Assembly: GCA_003978455.1 (NCBI GenBank)
Contig: QNZT01000053.1
Span: 1-37,093, forward strand
Length of the DNA: 37,093 nucleotides
Direction: 5' to 3'
Origin: Sulfurospirillum sp.
Lineage (GTDB): Bacteria > Campylobacterota > Campylobacteria > Campylobacterales > QNZT01
In this document: positions 18,280 through 26,589 of the stretch, piece after piece
Numbering within the stretch: position 1 is the first letter of the stretch
Layout of the letters: every line of letters begins with the position of its first letter
Translations under genes and position numbers: made by a program
Notes under the pieces: generated by a model
What the model was told of the DNA's origin: nothing
Database searches by the model: none
The model's input: the letters and a program-made list of their open reading frames with translations, nothing else

Positions 18280-19588
18280 AGCTTGTTTCCTTGTCATTCT
18301 CTTCAAGCCTTTGCTGCTGGCGCAAAATCGACTCTTTGCCTTCAAATTCCGTCATATTGACATTTTTGGAAATCGTTTTGGAAATCTCACTGACATTGAC
18401 GCTCACTTCATTGGCTGTATGGGCGATCGTGATATAGTCTTCTGTACGCTGATTGAGCAGGTTAAGTGTTTGCTCCAGAGAGTTGATGCTCTGCACCTGT
18501 GCATGTACCGACTGTGTTGTATCTTCGATCAGTGTGATTGTCTCGTCTATATCTTCACGCAACTCTTTATATCCCTGAATCATATGTGAGGAGATCTCTT
18601 TACCTTCGTTGGCTTTGTCCGTCGCCTGTACTACCAGATCTTTGATCGTTTTTGCAGCTTCTGTGCTTCTTGCCGCCAAATTTCGCACCTCGCTTGCGAC
18701 AACGGCAAATCCCTTACCCGCATCACCGGCAGTAGCCGCTTCCACCGCGGCATTGAGGGAGAGGATATTTGTCTGAAATGCGATTTGATCGATCACTTCA
18801 ATCGCTTCGTTTATCGCGATAGTAGCATCGTTGATCTCATCTATGGCACGTACTGTTTTGCTGGTATATTCCAATCCCTGCGCCGCAGACTCTTTCACTT
18901 TCAGGCTCGACGCTTGCATTTTTTGCGTATTTTCTGAACTCTGACGCGCTTTTTGGGTGATAAGCGAAATCTCATCCGATGCACTTTTGAGAATACTGGT
19001 CTGTTCACCGGATGCTTCGAGTATATGGTACATCTTGTCGATCAATGTCTCCGAAGCCTGTTCGAGTTCGATCCCGTGCCTGAAATTTTCTCCCAGCATC
19101 ACCGTAATAGCATCTTTAAGCGAGTTGATACCCTTGATCAACTCTCTGATCTCTCCATCGTGCATTCTGCTCTCATCAAGTGATTTTTTATAGATACCGC
19201 GTTCATACTCCTTCAACACGGCGATCATATCGTTAAAATCTTTTTGCAGTTTGTCGGAAAGTTTATTTAATGAATTGGCAACATATTGGATATAAGGGTC
19301 AGAGGTACGAAGGGCAACACGATCTGTAAGATTCCCGTCTGAAATCTTTTCGAGCACCAGCAGCATCTCCCCATTGACACCCTGATCTTCACTGCTTTTG
19401 GTTTGAAGCAATTTCCCTATATGCGCAATTTTGTCGTATATCTTTTTCATGGAGGGGGAGAATTTAACATCTTCACTGATATTAAACTCATTTCTGTCTC
19501 TTCGGATATACCCCTCTAACTGCCCGAGATACTCCATTATTTTTTCTGCCTGCTCTGCTTCCCTCTTTTTTCCAAATATCATTCTCAA
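18272..19588 (-). CDS. Methyl-accepting chemotaxis protein without transmembrane segments (cytoplasmic; CetA-like partner of the upstream PAS protein)
   Basis: This is a 438-aa ORF with no hydrophobic helix. Its HAMP-like segment carries a YERGIY motif also found in the MCP at 15746-17308. The MCP tip is [43 protein letters not shown]. Confidence 0.88.
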   Translation of the reverse strand: MRMIFGKKREAEQAEKIMEYLGQLEGYIRRDRNEFNISEDVKFSPSMKKIYDKIAHIGKLLQTKSSEDQGVNGEMLLVLEKISDGNLTDRVALRTSDPYIQYVANSLNKLSDKLQKDFNDMIAVLKEYERGIYKKSLDESRMHDGEIRELIKGINSLKDAITVMLGENFRHGIELEQASETLIDKMYHILEASGEQTSILKSASDEISLITQKARQSSENTQKMQASSLKVKESAAQGLEYTSKTVRAIDEINDATIAINEAIEVIDQIAFQTNILSLNAAVEAATAGDAGKGFAVVASEVRNLAARSTEAAKTIKDLVVQATDKANEGKEISSHMIQGYKELREDIDETITLIEDTTQSVHAQVQSINSLEQTLNLLNQRTEDYITIAHTANEVSVNVSEISKTISKNVNMTEFEGKESILRQQQRLEENDKETSYV

Positions 19589-19611
19589 CCCTTATACTTT
19601 ATTTTTATCTT

Positions 19612-20004
19612 TTATGCTAATGTCGCGTACAGTTTTTCCGCTTTTTCGATCTCGTCTGTCGTCGGTTTGACACGTACAGAAAAGTACTTTGTCTCACCTT
19701 CAGGTGTCTTTGAGGGATAGACAGTTGTAAATACCCAATAATACCCACCGTCTTTGGTACGATTTTTTACAACGCCGCTCCAGGTTTGACCGCTTTTTAG
19801 CGTATGCCAGAGATCTTCAAAAAATGCCTTGGGCATACCCGGATGACGCACCATACTATGCGGTTGACCGATTAACTCATCTTTGGTAAATTTTGAAATC
19901 TTGCAAAAATCTTCATTTGCATAAACGATATTTCCTTTTGCATCGGTTTCGGAAACAATAATTGTCTTCCTGTCGAGTTTATATTCATGTTCTTTAAGCG
20001 CCAT
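19612..20004 (-). CDS. Stand-alone Aer-type (FAD-binding class) PAS domain protein, CetB-like
   Basis: This 130-aa protein reads IIVSETDAKGNIVYANEDFCKISKFTKDELIGQPHSMVRHPGMPKAFFEDLWHTLKSGQTWSGVVKNRTKDGGYYWV. That closely parallels the E. coli Aer PAS core (TDxKGxIxYAN...GQPHNxVRHPDMP...W...KNRxKxGDxYWV). Confidence 0.85.
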   Translation of the reverse strand: MALKEHEYKLDRKTIIVSETDAKGNIVYANEDFCKISKFTKDELIGQPHSMVRHPGMPKAFFEDLWHTLKSGQTWSGVVKNRTKDGGYYWVFTTVYPSKTPEGETKYFSVRVKPTTDEIEKAEKLYATLA

Positions 20005-20161
20005 ACCTTTTCCTTATGCAGAGTACTAAACGCAATATCGGATAATGTAATAAAACGTTTAATTATTATGTGTATTTGATACAATAGATGTGAATATAAA
20101 ACTTCTACATAAGGGCATATCTAATATAATATCTTTTATGAAATTTTGTAAGGACACAGAT

Positions 20162-20383
20162 ATGGCAAGAATCGAATTCCTCGGACCGATCAACAAAGAG
20201 CCTGTCGAAATCGACATCACACATCTTACTCAGCTGAAAAGCTGTTTCCAAAACGATCCGGAAGTAAGCGAATGGCTCAAAACCAGTGCCATTGCAGTCA
20301 ATGATCAACTGATCTCCAATCTGAATTTATCCATCGGGAAAAACGATAAAATTTCTCTGCTACCGCCGGTTTGCGGAGGCTGA
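20162..20383 (+). CDS. moaD: Molybdopterin synthase sulfur-carrier subunit MoaD
   Basis: This 73-aa ubiquitin-fold-sized protein ends in the diagnostic Gly-Gly (..LLPPVCGG). The ATG at 20162 is preceded by AAGGA. The ORF-track GTG at 20090 adds an implausible extension. moaE starts 1 nt after its stop. Confidence 0.85.
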   Translation: MARIEFLGPINKEPVEIDITHLTQLKSCFQNDPEVSEWLKTSAIAVNDQLISNLNLSIGKNDKISLLPPVCGG

Positions 20384-20384
20384 T

Positions 20385-20822
20385 ATGCTGGAACTCTACA
20401 AAGATGCGCTTCATGTTGAAGAGATTTTGACCAGATGGTACCAGATACACAAAGACCAGAACTATGGTGCTTTTATCAATTTCGTCGGTATCGTTCGTGA
20501 TGAAAACGGCATAGACGGCTTAAGCTTTGATATCTACAAACCTTTGCTGACATCATGGTTTGATGCATGGCAGCAGAAGGCGAAAAAGAGAGGCGCTTTG
20601 CTACTGATGGCACACTCCGAAGGCAATGTCTATGTTCATGAAAGCTCCTATATCGCAGCTGTGCTTTCACCAAAACGCAGAGTGGCACTCGAGATGATCG
20701 ATGAGTTTGTCGAGGATTTCAAGGCAAAAGCACCTATCTGGAAATATGATATCATCGAAGGTGAACGTATTTACGCCGACGACCGCAGTACACCGCTTCC
20801 CGGCAGCGGACTTTTAGCCTGA
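20385..20822 (+). CDS. moaE: Molybdopterin synthase catalytic subunit MoaE
   Basis: This 145-aa protein reads GAFINFVGIVRDE...HESSYIAAVLSPKRRVALEMIDEFVEDFKAKAPIWK, consistent with the MoaE fold. It sits directly after moaD. Confidence 0.85.
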   Translation: MLELYKDALHVEEILTRWYQIHKDQNYGAFINFVGIVRDENGIDGLSFDIYKPLLTSWFDAWQQKAKKRGALLLMAHSEGNVYVHESSYIAAVLSPKRRVALEMIDEFVEDFKAKAPIWKYDIIEGERIYADDRSTPLPGSGLLA

Positions 20823-20838
20823 AAAACAGAGGAAAATT

Positions 20839-22050
20839 ATGGCATTTATAACATACGAAGAATCAGTGAAAAACTTACAGGAAAGTTGCACAAATACAAA
20901 AATCTCGCAACGGGTATTTATCGATGAGGCACTCGGGCGTATTTTGAGTGAAGATATCATCGCCACAGAAAACTCTCCCGCACACCCTACTTCGGCGATG
21001 GACGGCTATGCGATCAAGTTTGAAGACCAGAGCATGGGACGTTTGCAAATCCTCGGTGATCTGCCTGCCGGAACCTACTCCGATACGGAACTGATGGGCG
21101 GTTTTTGTGTCAAAACCTTTACCGGATCGCTCATGACAAAAGGGAGTGACACCCTCATACCGATCGAAAATGTCACCGTAGAAGGCGACGAGATCGTCAT
21201 CAAAGAGGAAGTTCCGCAGGGTTTCAGTGTACGACCGGTCGGTGAAAACTACCGGGAGGGCGAAGTGCTTATCCACAAAGGCACCAAAATAGACTTTGCC
21301 GAAATCGGCGTACTCGCAAGTCTCAATATCGCTCAGGTATCCGTCTATAAAAAACCTTCCGTTGCCGTGATCGCTACCGGAAGCGAAATACTTGATGTCG
21401 GAGAGAGACAGAGCAACCCCTCCCAGATATACAGTTCCAACCAGTTCACACTGGAGGCACTGGCAAAAAAAGCGGGAGCATCCGTCACCAGAACACCGCT
21501 TGCGAAAGATGATAAAGAGAGTCTGCGAAAAGTGATTCTCGATGCGCTTGAAGATCATGATATCCTCGTCACTACCGGCGGTGTCAGCGTCGGCGACTAT
21601 GACTTTGTCAAAGATATTCTTCATGAAATGGACGCTTTTTATATCACCGAAGGGGTTATCCTCAAACCGGGACAGCATATCAAAATCGTCAAAGTAGCCA
21701 ACAAATATATCTTTGCACTGCCGGGATTTCCCTACAGTTCAACGGTCACTTTTATACTCTATGTCATTCCGCTGATCAAGATGCTTACAGGACAAACTCC
21801 AGATCTTCCCTATGTCAGGGCAGTGCTTAAAAAAAGATACAAAAAGAGAAGTCGAAAAACTGAGTTCGCTGCCTGCAACCTCTACTATGAAAACGGTACA
21901 TATGTCGCTGATTTTACCGGTAAAAAGAGCGGTTCCAGCGCTATTTTGACCAATATGCTCGGCGATACCGGTTTGCTGGAAATTCCTCAGGAGAGCGGCG
22001 ATATCGAAGCCGGTTCACTGGTAAACGTCATCAACCTCAAAGCTCTCTAA
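20839..22050 (+). CDS. moeA: Molybdopterin molybdenumtransferase MoeA
   Basis: This is a 403-aa protein with MoeA-type motifs (PTSAMDGYAI, VRPVGENY, VAVIATGSE, LVTTGGVSVGDYDF, PGFPYSS). Confidence 0.88.
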   Translation: MAFITYEESVKNLQESCTNTKISQRVFIDEALGRILSEDIIATENSPAHPTSAMDGYAIKFEDQSMGRLQILGDLPAGTYSDTELMGGFCVKTFTGSLMTKGSDTLIPIENVTVEGDEIVIKEEVPQGFSVRPVGENYREGEVLIHKGTKIDFAEIGVLASLNIAQVSVYKKPSVAVIATGSEILDVGERQSNPSQIYSSNQFTLEALAKKAGASVTRTPLAKDDKESLRKVILDALEDHDILVTTGGVSVGDYDFVKDILHEMDAFYITEGVILKPGQHIKIVKVANKYIFALPGFPYSSTVTFILYVIPLIKMLTGQTPDLPYVRAVLKKRYKKRSRKTEFAACNLYYENGTYVADFTGKKSGSSAILTNMLGDTGLLEIPQESGDIEAGSLVNVINLKAL

Positions 22051-22059
22051 AAACACTTC

Positions 22060-22611
22060 ATGAAACAGAGACTGGTACATATCTTTCTCACTCTTCTCGT
22101 CTTTATCTATATTATTTTCGAGGAGCTGGTCTGGGAGACGATTGCCAGACCTGTTTATGACTATTTCCATTCCCTTAAACTCTTGCAGAAGATCGAAGCA
22201 AAAGTCCACCATCTGCATCCGTGGATTTTGCTGATCCTCTTTTTGTCTGTTTTTGTTGTCGTGGAGATAGCGGGCATCTTTGCAGGCATACTGGCACTTC
22301 AAGGACACATCCTTCCGGCAACACTGCTCTATCTCACCAAGATCCCTGCTGCGGCATTTGCTTTTTGGTTTTTTCGTGTTTCACAAGACAAACTGCTGCG
22401 CATAGGATGGTTTAAAAGCGCATACACCTATGTGATGGATAAAATAGACCAGATTAAAGATACCGAAGTGTACCGCGCCGTCAAAATCAAAACCACAAAA
22501 CTTAAAAAAGAGATCAAACAACTCAAAGCACGCTATCTTCCCAAAGGAGCACTCAAGCGGCGTATCAAACGTATCTATCTCCGGCTTAAAAAGATTATCA
22601 AAGGCGTATAA
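22060..22611 (+). CDS. Hypothetical integral membrane protein with strongly basic C-terminal helix
   Basis: This is a 183-aa ORF with about 3 hydrophobic helices. Its Lys/Arg-rich tail is KTTKLKKEIKQLKARYLPKGALKRRIKRIYLRLKKIIKGV. It starts 9 nt after moeA. I recognised no family. Confidence 0.6.
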   Translation: MKQRLVHIFLTLLVFIYIIFEELVWETIARPVYDYFHSLKLLQKIEAKVHHLHPWILLILFLSVFVVVEIAGIFAGILALQGHILPATLLYLTKIPAAAFAFWFFRVSQDKLLRIGWFKSAYTYVMDKIDQIKDTEVYRAVKIKTTKLKKEIKQLKARYLPKGALKRRIKRIYLRLKKIIKGV

Positions 22612-22685
22612 GAGAGATTTTTATTACACCGACTAAATAAAAAAATCGCCGCACCGATATACTCTGCAAAAGGAGACTGGCGACT

Positions 22686-24401
22686 ATGATCTATACGGTT
22701 CTGATTTTGATCGGTACACTTTTACTACTTTGGTATATGTATGACCGTTTTGTACAAAGAGAGCATACACTTCTCATAAACTACCCTATCATCGGTCGTG
22801 CGCGCTATTTTCTTGAAGCCGTAAGAGAGCCTTTTCGCCAGTATTTCGGAAATGAAGATATCTTTGAGTCACGGGACAAGATAGAGTGGGTTTATAAAGC
22901 TGCCCGTGATAAAAAGACCTTTATATCCTTCTCCCCCAGTGAACCGCAAAAACTTCCGAAGTTTATGTTAAAACACGCCTTTGCACCACTAAACGATCAT
23001 GAAGTATCCAGTATCTTTTCCGTCACTTTTGGACAAAACAGGAGATATCCTTTCAAAGCCAAATCTATCATCAGCCGAAGTGCGATGAGTGACGGGGCGA
23101 TTTCACCGGAAGGAACACAAGCTTTTACAATAGGTGCATATCGCGGAAAGTTTCCGATCAACACAGGGGAAGGTGGTCTGACATCGAACTTTCTGGTAAC
23201 GCACCGCTCCTATGATACCTCGTATATGGATATCGTACCGCTCAAATCATGGCATATAGCGATGTTTAAACTTTTGCGTATCACATTTAACACATCGTTT
23301 GCCATATCGATGCTGAAAAATATCGTTTTGGAGCACAATCTCAAGGATACCTATATGTTCGACAGGGTAAAAATGTGTTTTTATCGCATCAACTGGAATG
23401 CGCCGCTATCATGCTTTCCAATAGAGAAACCCTCTGATGTCGCCGATATCATCTTTCAGATAGGTTCAGGACTTTACGGTGTGCGAAACGAAAAAGGTAC
23501 GTTTGACATGGATCGCTACAAAAAAGCGATGCGTTTTTGCGACATGACCGAAATCAAACTGGCACAGGGGGCAAAACAGACAGGAGGCAAACTGACCAAA
23601 TCCAAAGTCACGGACGCGATTGCATATTTTCGCGGTGTGACACCCCATCAGGATCTCTATTCGCCAAATCGGTTTCCCTATGCCAACAGTATCGACGAGT
23701 TGTTCGATTTTATCCAGATGCTACAGGAAGCATCCGGTAAACCTGTCGGCTTTAAGATTGTTATTTCCCAAAAGAGCGATTTTGAAGAGATCGCACACGC
23801 CTTGAAAAAGAGGCTCATGAAAAAGCTTTCTATTCCTGATTTTATCACTGTCGACGGGGGAGAAGGAGGCAGTGCCACGGCACCTCTGGAACTTATGGAG
23901 CATGTGGGGCTGGGTATCAAAGATGCCCTTTTCATCGTACAAGATGTTTTGAAATCATACGGTATCAGAGATGAAATCAAACTGATAGCCAGCGGCAAAG
24001 TGCTAACCCCTGACAATGTGGCTATCCTCATGGCGCTTGGTGCGGATATGGTAGCCATAGGGCGCGGCTTTATGCTCAGTGCAGGCTGTATACGCGCTAA
24101 AGTGTGTTCGGGTATAGGCAAGCACCAGTGTCCGGTCGGACTCGCAACTCAGGATATCAAAAAGAGAAAAGGGTACATCGTCCACAAATACGCAAAGATG
24201 GTTGAGAACTACCATAAAAATTTACTTCAAAACATGCGAACACTTCTTGCTGTCATGGGCTTGCATTCGACCAGAGATTTGAACCTTGAACATCTTTATC
24301 TTATCGATCAGGATACACATATATACGACGATATAAAAGCCTATTTCGATGACAAATTTCAATCCACCTCACAGCATAAAGATCGAGTCACACACCTGTA
24401 A
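22686..24401 (+). CDS. Membrane-anchored FMN-binding glutamate-synthase-family (GltB domain 2-like) protein
   Basis: This is a 571-aa ORF with an N-terminal TM helix (MIYTVLILIGTLLLLWYMY). Motifs typical of the COG0069 FMN/Fe-S barrel include EIKLAQGAKQTGGKL, DFITVDGGEGGSATAP, LIASGKV, ALGADMVAIGRGFM and a Cys-containing stretch (CIRAKVCSGIGKHQCPVGLATQD). Confidence 0.75.
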   Translation: MIYTVLILIGTLLLLWYMYDRFVQREHTLLINYPIIGRARYFLEAVREPFRQYFGNEDIFESRDKIEWVYKAARDKKTFISFSPSEPQKLPKFMLKHAFAPLNDHEVSSIFSVTFGQNRRYPFKAKSIISRSAMSDGAISPEGTQAFTIGAYRGKFPINTGEGGLTSNFLVTHRSYDTSYMDIVPLKSWHIAMFKLLRITFNTSFAISMLKNIVLEHNLKDTYMFDRVKMCFYRINWNAPLSCFPIEKPSDVADIIFQIGSGLYGVRNEKGTFDMDRYKKAMRFCDMTEIKLAQGAKQTGGKLTKSKVTDAIAYFRGVTPHQDLYSPNRFPYANSIDELFDFIQMLQEASGKPVGFKIVISQKSDFEEIAHALKKRLMKKLSIPDFITVDGGEGGSATAPLELMEHVGLGIKDALFIVQDVLKSYGIRDEIKLIASGKVLTPDNVAILMALGADMVAIGRGFMLSAGCIRAKVCSGIGKHQCPVGLATQDIKKRKGYIVHKYAKMVENYHKNLLQNMRTLLAVMGLHSTRDLNLEHLYLIDQDTHIYDDIKAYFDDKFQSTSQHKDRVTHL

Positions 24402-24481
24402 ATAGTACGCAAATTTTTTACTTTGCAGATATTGACCCAGATCAATTTTCTTAGCTAGTCATGAAGAAATTCAAATAGATG

Positions 24482-24490
24482 TGATATAAT
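24482..24490 (+). promoter_or_regulatory. Extended -10 promoter (TGaTATAAT) for the FccB/SoxF-like gene
   Basis: TG at 24482-24483 and TATAAT at 24485-24490 lie in an AT-rich spacer, about 70 nt upstream of the ATG at 24562. The RBS GAGGAG is at 24551-24556. Confidence 0.4.
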
Positions 24491-24561
24491 ATTTTATAAA
24501 TAGAGTACGCTGCTGTATTGTTTTCAATATGACGCTGCATACGGATTGCTGAGGAGTTTTC

Positions 24562-25878
24562 ATGAACAGAAGAGATATGATCAAAACGACTTTGTCAACT
24601 GTACTGGCTTTAAGCACCGCCGGTATGGCAAATGAGAAGAAGAGTCCCGAGCCGAAACAGACAAAACGCAAGAGCAAACCCAAACACCCGCGTGTGGTGG
24701 TAGTGGGTGGAGGCTGGTCAGGGCTGTCACTTGCAAAGAGCGTAAAAGCATTTGTTCCCGAATCTGAAGTAACACTGGTCGAAAAGAGGTATGAGTTTAT
24801 GTCATGCCCGGTGAGTAACCCTTGGCTTTTTGATATGGTCGATCTTGAGTTTTTAACCCACTCATATATCGAAGCAGCAAATAACCATGGCTATGACTAT
24901 GTGCAGGCGACAGCAACGGGTTTGGATAGTAAAAACAATATTTTAAAAACAACAGTCGGCGATATAGAGTATGACTATCTGGTTTTTGCACTAGGTATAG
25001 AGTATGACTACGACAAGTCTACAAAAGGTGACAAGGATCTGGAACACCAACTTCGAATGCACTATCCCGGTGCGTTTATTCCCGGTTCTGAGCATCTCAC
25101 TCTCAAACGTAAAATAGAAAATTTCAAAGAGGGTACGTTTGTGCTCAATGTACCAAGCGGAAACTATCGATGTTTGCCTGCCCCATATGAGCGGGCTTGC
25201 CTGCTTGCCGACCACTTCAAACAAAACAAGATGAAAGCAAAAGTCCTGCTGCTTGATGCGAACAACGAAATTACCATCAAACCGCAGGGATTTCATAGCG
25301 CATTTGACAAACTCTATAAAGGGTATCTCCAGTATGAACCCAATAGTGAAATCCTTAAATTTGACCTGAAGAACAAGACACTGATCACTGAGTTTGATGA
25401 GTTTACATTTGATGACTTTGCATTTTACCCCTCTGTCAGGGCACCGAAGCTACTCGAAGAGCTCGGATTGACAATCAAAACTGTTTATAACAGATTTGAG
25501 GCAAATCTTGATCACTATACAAACAAATTTGTCGGATATGACAATATATACGGATGCGGTGACATACGTCCTATGGGATTTTCAAAGTCCGGCAATACTG
25601 CCTATACGGAAGGTGAAAATGTCGCCAGACAGATAGCAGCAGATATACAGGGGAAAAAACATAACTGGGAATCTCCAGTTACGGTTTGCATCTCTTTAGT
25701 CTCAAAAAAGCCGCATAGAGAGATTTCTCTTGTGTCCCAATACAAATATGACAAAAAAGGCGCAACCTTCTTCAACGGTACCTTTACAGATGAAGCATGG
25801 AAAACGAACGATCTGGGGAAAAATCGTGCGCTATTTACCTGGGCAAAAGCACTTTATGACAATATGTTCTATATATAA
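24562..25878 (+). CDS. Tat-exported FAD-dependent sulfide dehydrogenase flavoprotein (FccB/SoxF-like pyridine nucleotide-disulfide oxidoreductase)
   Basis: This is a 438-aa ORF with a twin-arginine signal (MNRRDMIKTTLSTVLALSTAGMA). The Rossmann motif is VVVVGGGWSGLSLAK. The FCSD-like stretch is VTLVEKRYEFMSCPVSNPWL. No adjacent cytochrome c subunit gene is present. Confidence 0.78.
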   Translation: MNRRDMIKTTLSTVLALSTAGMANEKKSPEPKQTKRKSKPKHPRVVVVGGGWSGLSLAKSVKAFVPESEVTLVEKRYEFMSCPVSNPWLFDMVDLEFLTHSYIEAANNHGYDYVQATATGLDSKNNILKTTVGDIEYDYLVFALGIEYDYDKSTKGDKDLEHQLRMHYPGAFIPGSEHLTLKRKIENFKEGTFVLNVPSGNYRCLPAPYERACLLADHFKQNKMKAKVLLLDANNEITIKPQGFHSAFDKLYKGYLQYEPNSEILKFDLKNKTLITEFDEFTFDDFAFYPSVRAPKLLEELGLTIKTVYNRFEANLDHYTNKFVGYDNIYGCGDIRPMGFSKSGNTAYTEGENVARQIAADIQGKKHNWESPVTVCISLVSKKPHREISLVSQYKYDKKGATFFNGTFTDEAWKTNDLGKNRALFTWAKALYDNMFYI

Positions 25879-25897
25879 GTAAAAAAGAGAGGCTTTA

Positions 25898-25922
25898 CAA
25901 AGCCCTTTTGAAAAGGGCTTTG
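25898..25922. terminator. Bidirectional intrinsic-terminator-like hairpin between convergent genes
   Basis: CAAAGCCCTTT-tga-AAAGGGCTTTG forms an 11-bp stem. On the minus strand a T6 run follows about 10 nt after the stem. The hairpin sits between the stop of the + gene (25878) and the stop of the - gene (25942). Confidence 0.6.
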
Positions 25923-25941
25923 TTGAAGTAAGGTTTGACGA

Positions 25942-26532
25942 TTATTCATCTTCCGGTGCTTCGTAGTCTTCACCGGTCGCAGCAGCATCCATCATACCGT
26001 ACATGAGGTTACGTACTGTTTCAGCCATCTTCATCATCTCAGGTGGAAGTGGTTTTCCTCCATAAAGCATCAACTCCATTGACATCGTATATAACCATCT
26101 GTTTCCTTCATCATCTTCAACGATCAGGATTCTACAAGGCATAAATGCACCAAATGCCTGAGAATAGGCTATAAACTTCTCTGCAACAGACGGAGAACAG
26201 AAATGAAGTATTCTGATATATCTTTTACCGTTTTTCTTGATACCACCGGATACAGACATTTTAGAATCGCCTACAACCAGAAAGTTATTTTCTGCCGCAG
26301 TCTCCTTTAGAGTTTCAATCACATCTTCAGTAGAAATGTCATCTTTAATCTTTACTTTTCTCACCATTGCATCAGCAGAGCTTCCGGTTTCCAGGACTTT
26401 GTTGAACATATCCATATAGTAACCCATCGCATCCGGATGTAACTGACTCACTTTTGTCCCTATTGTCACATAGCCGATCAAGGCTGCTAGAACGGCAAGA
26501 ACACCTATTGCACTTAATATGTTTTTAATCAT
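25942..26532 (-). CDS. DUF302-domain protein with N-terminal membrane anchor/signal and acidic C-terminal tail
   Basis: This is a 196-aa ORF. The N-terminal hydrophobic helix is ILSAIGVLAVLAALIGYV. The DUF302-like core is ILHFCSPSVAEKFIAYSQAFGAFMPCRILIVEDDEGNRWLYTM. A strong AAGGAG RBS is present, and the protein ends ..GEDYEAPEDE. Confidence 0.7.
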   Translation of the reverse strand: MIKNILSAIGVLAVLAALIGYVTIGTKVSQLHPDAMGYYMDMFNKVLETGSSADAMVRKVKIKDDISTEDVIETLKETAAENNFLVVGDSKMSVSGGIKKNGKRYIRILHFCSPSVAEKFIAYSQAFGAFMPCRILIVEDDEGNRWLYTMSMELMLYGGKPLPPEMMKMAETVRNLMYGMMDAAATGEDYEAPEDE

Positions 26533-26589
26533 ATTGACTCCTTATATAATTTTTATTTATAATATTATAATTTCTCTTAAAAAAAACTT

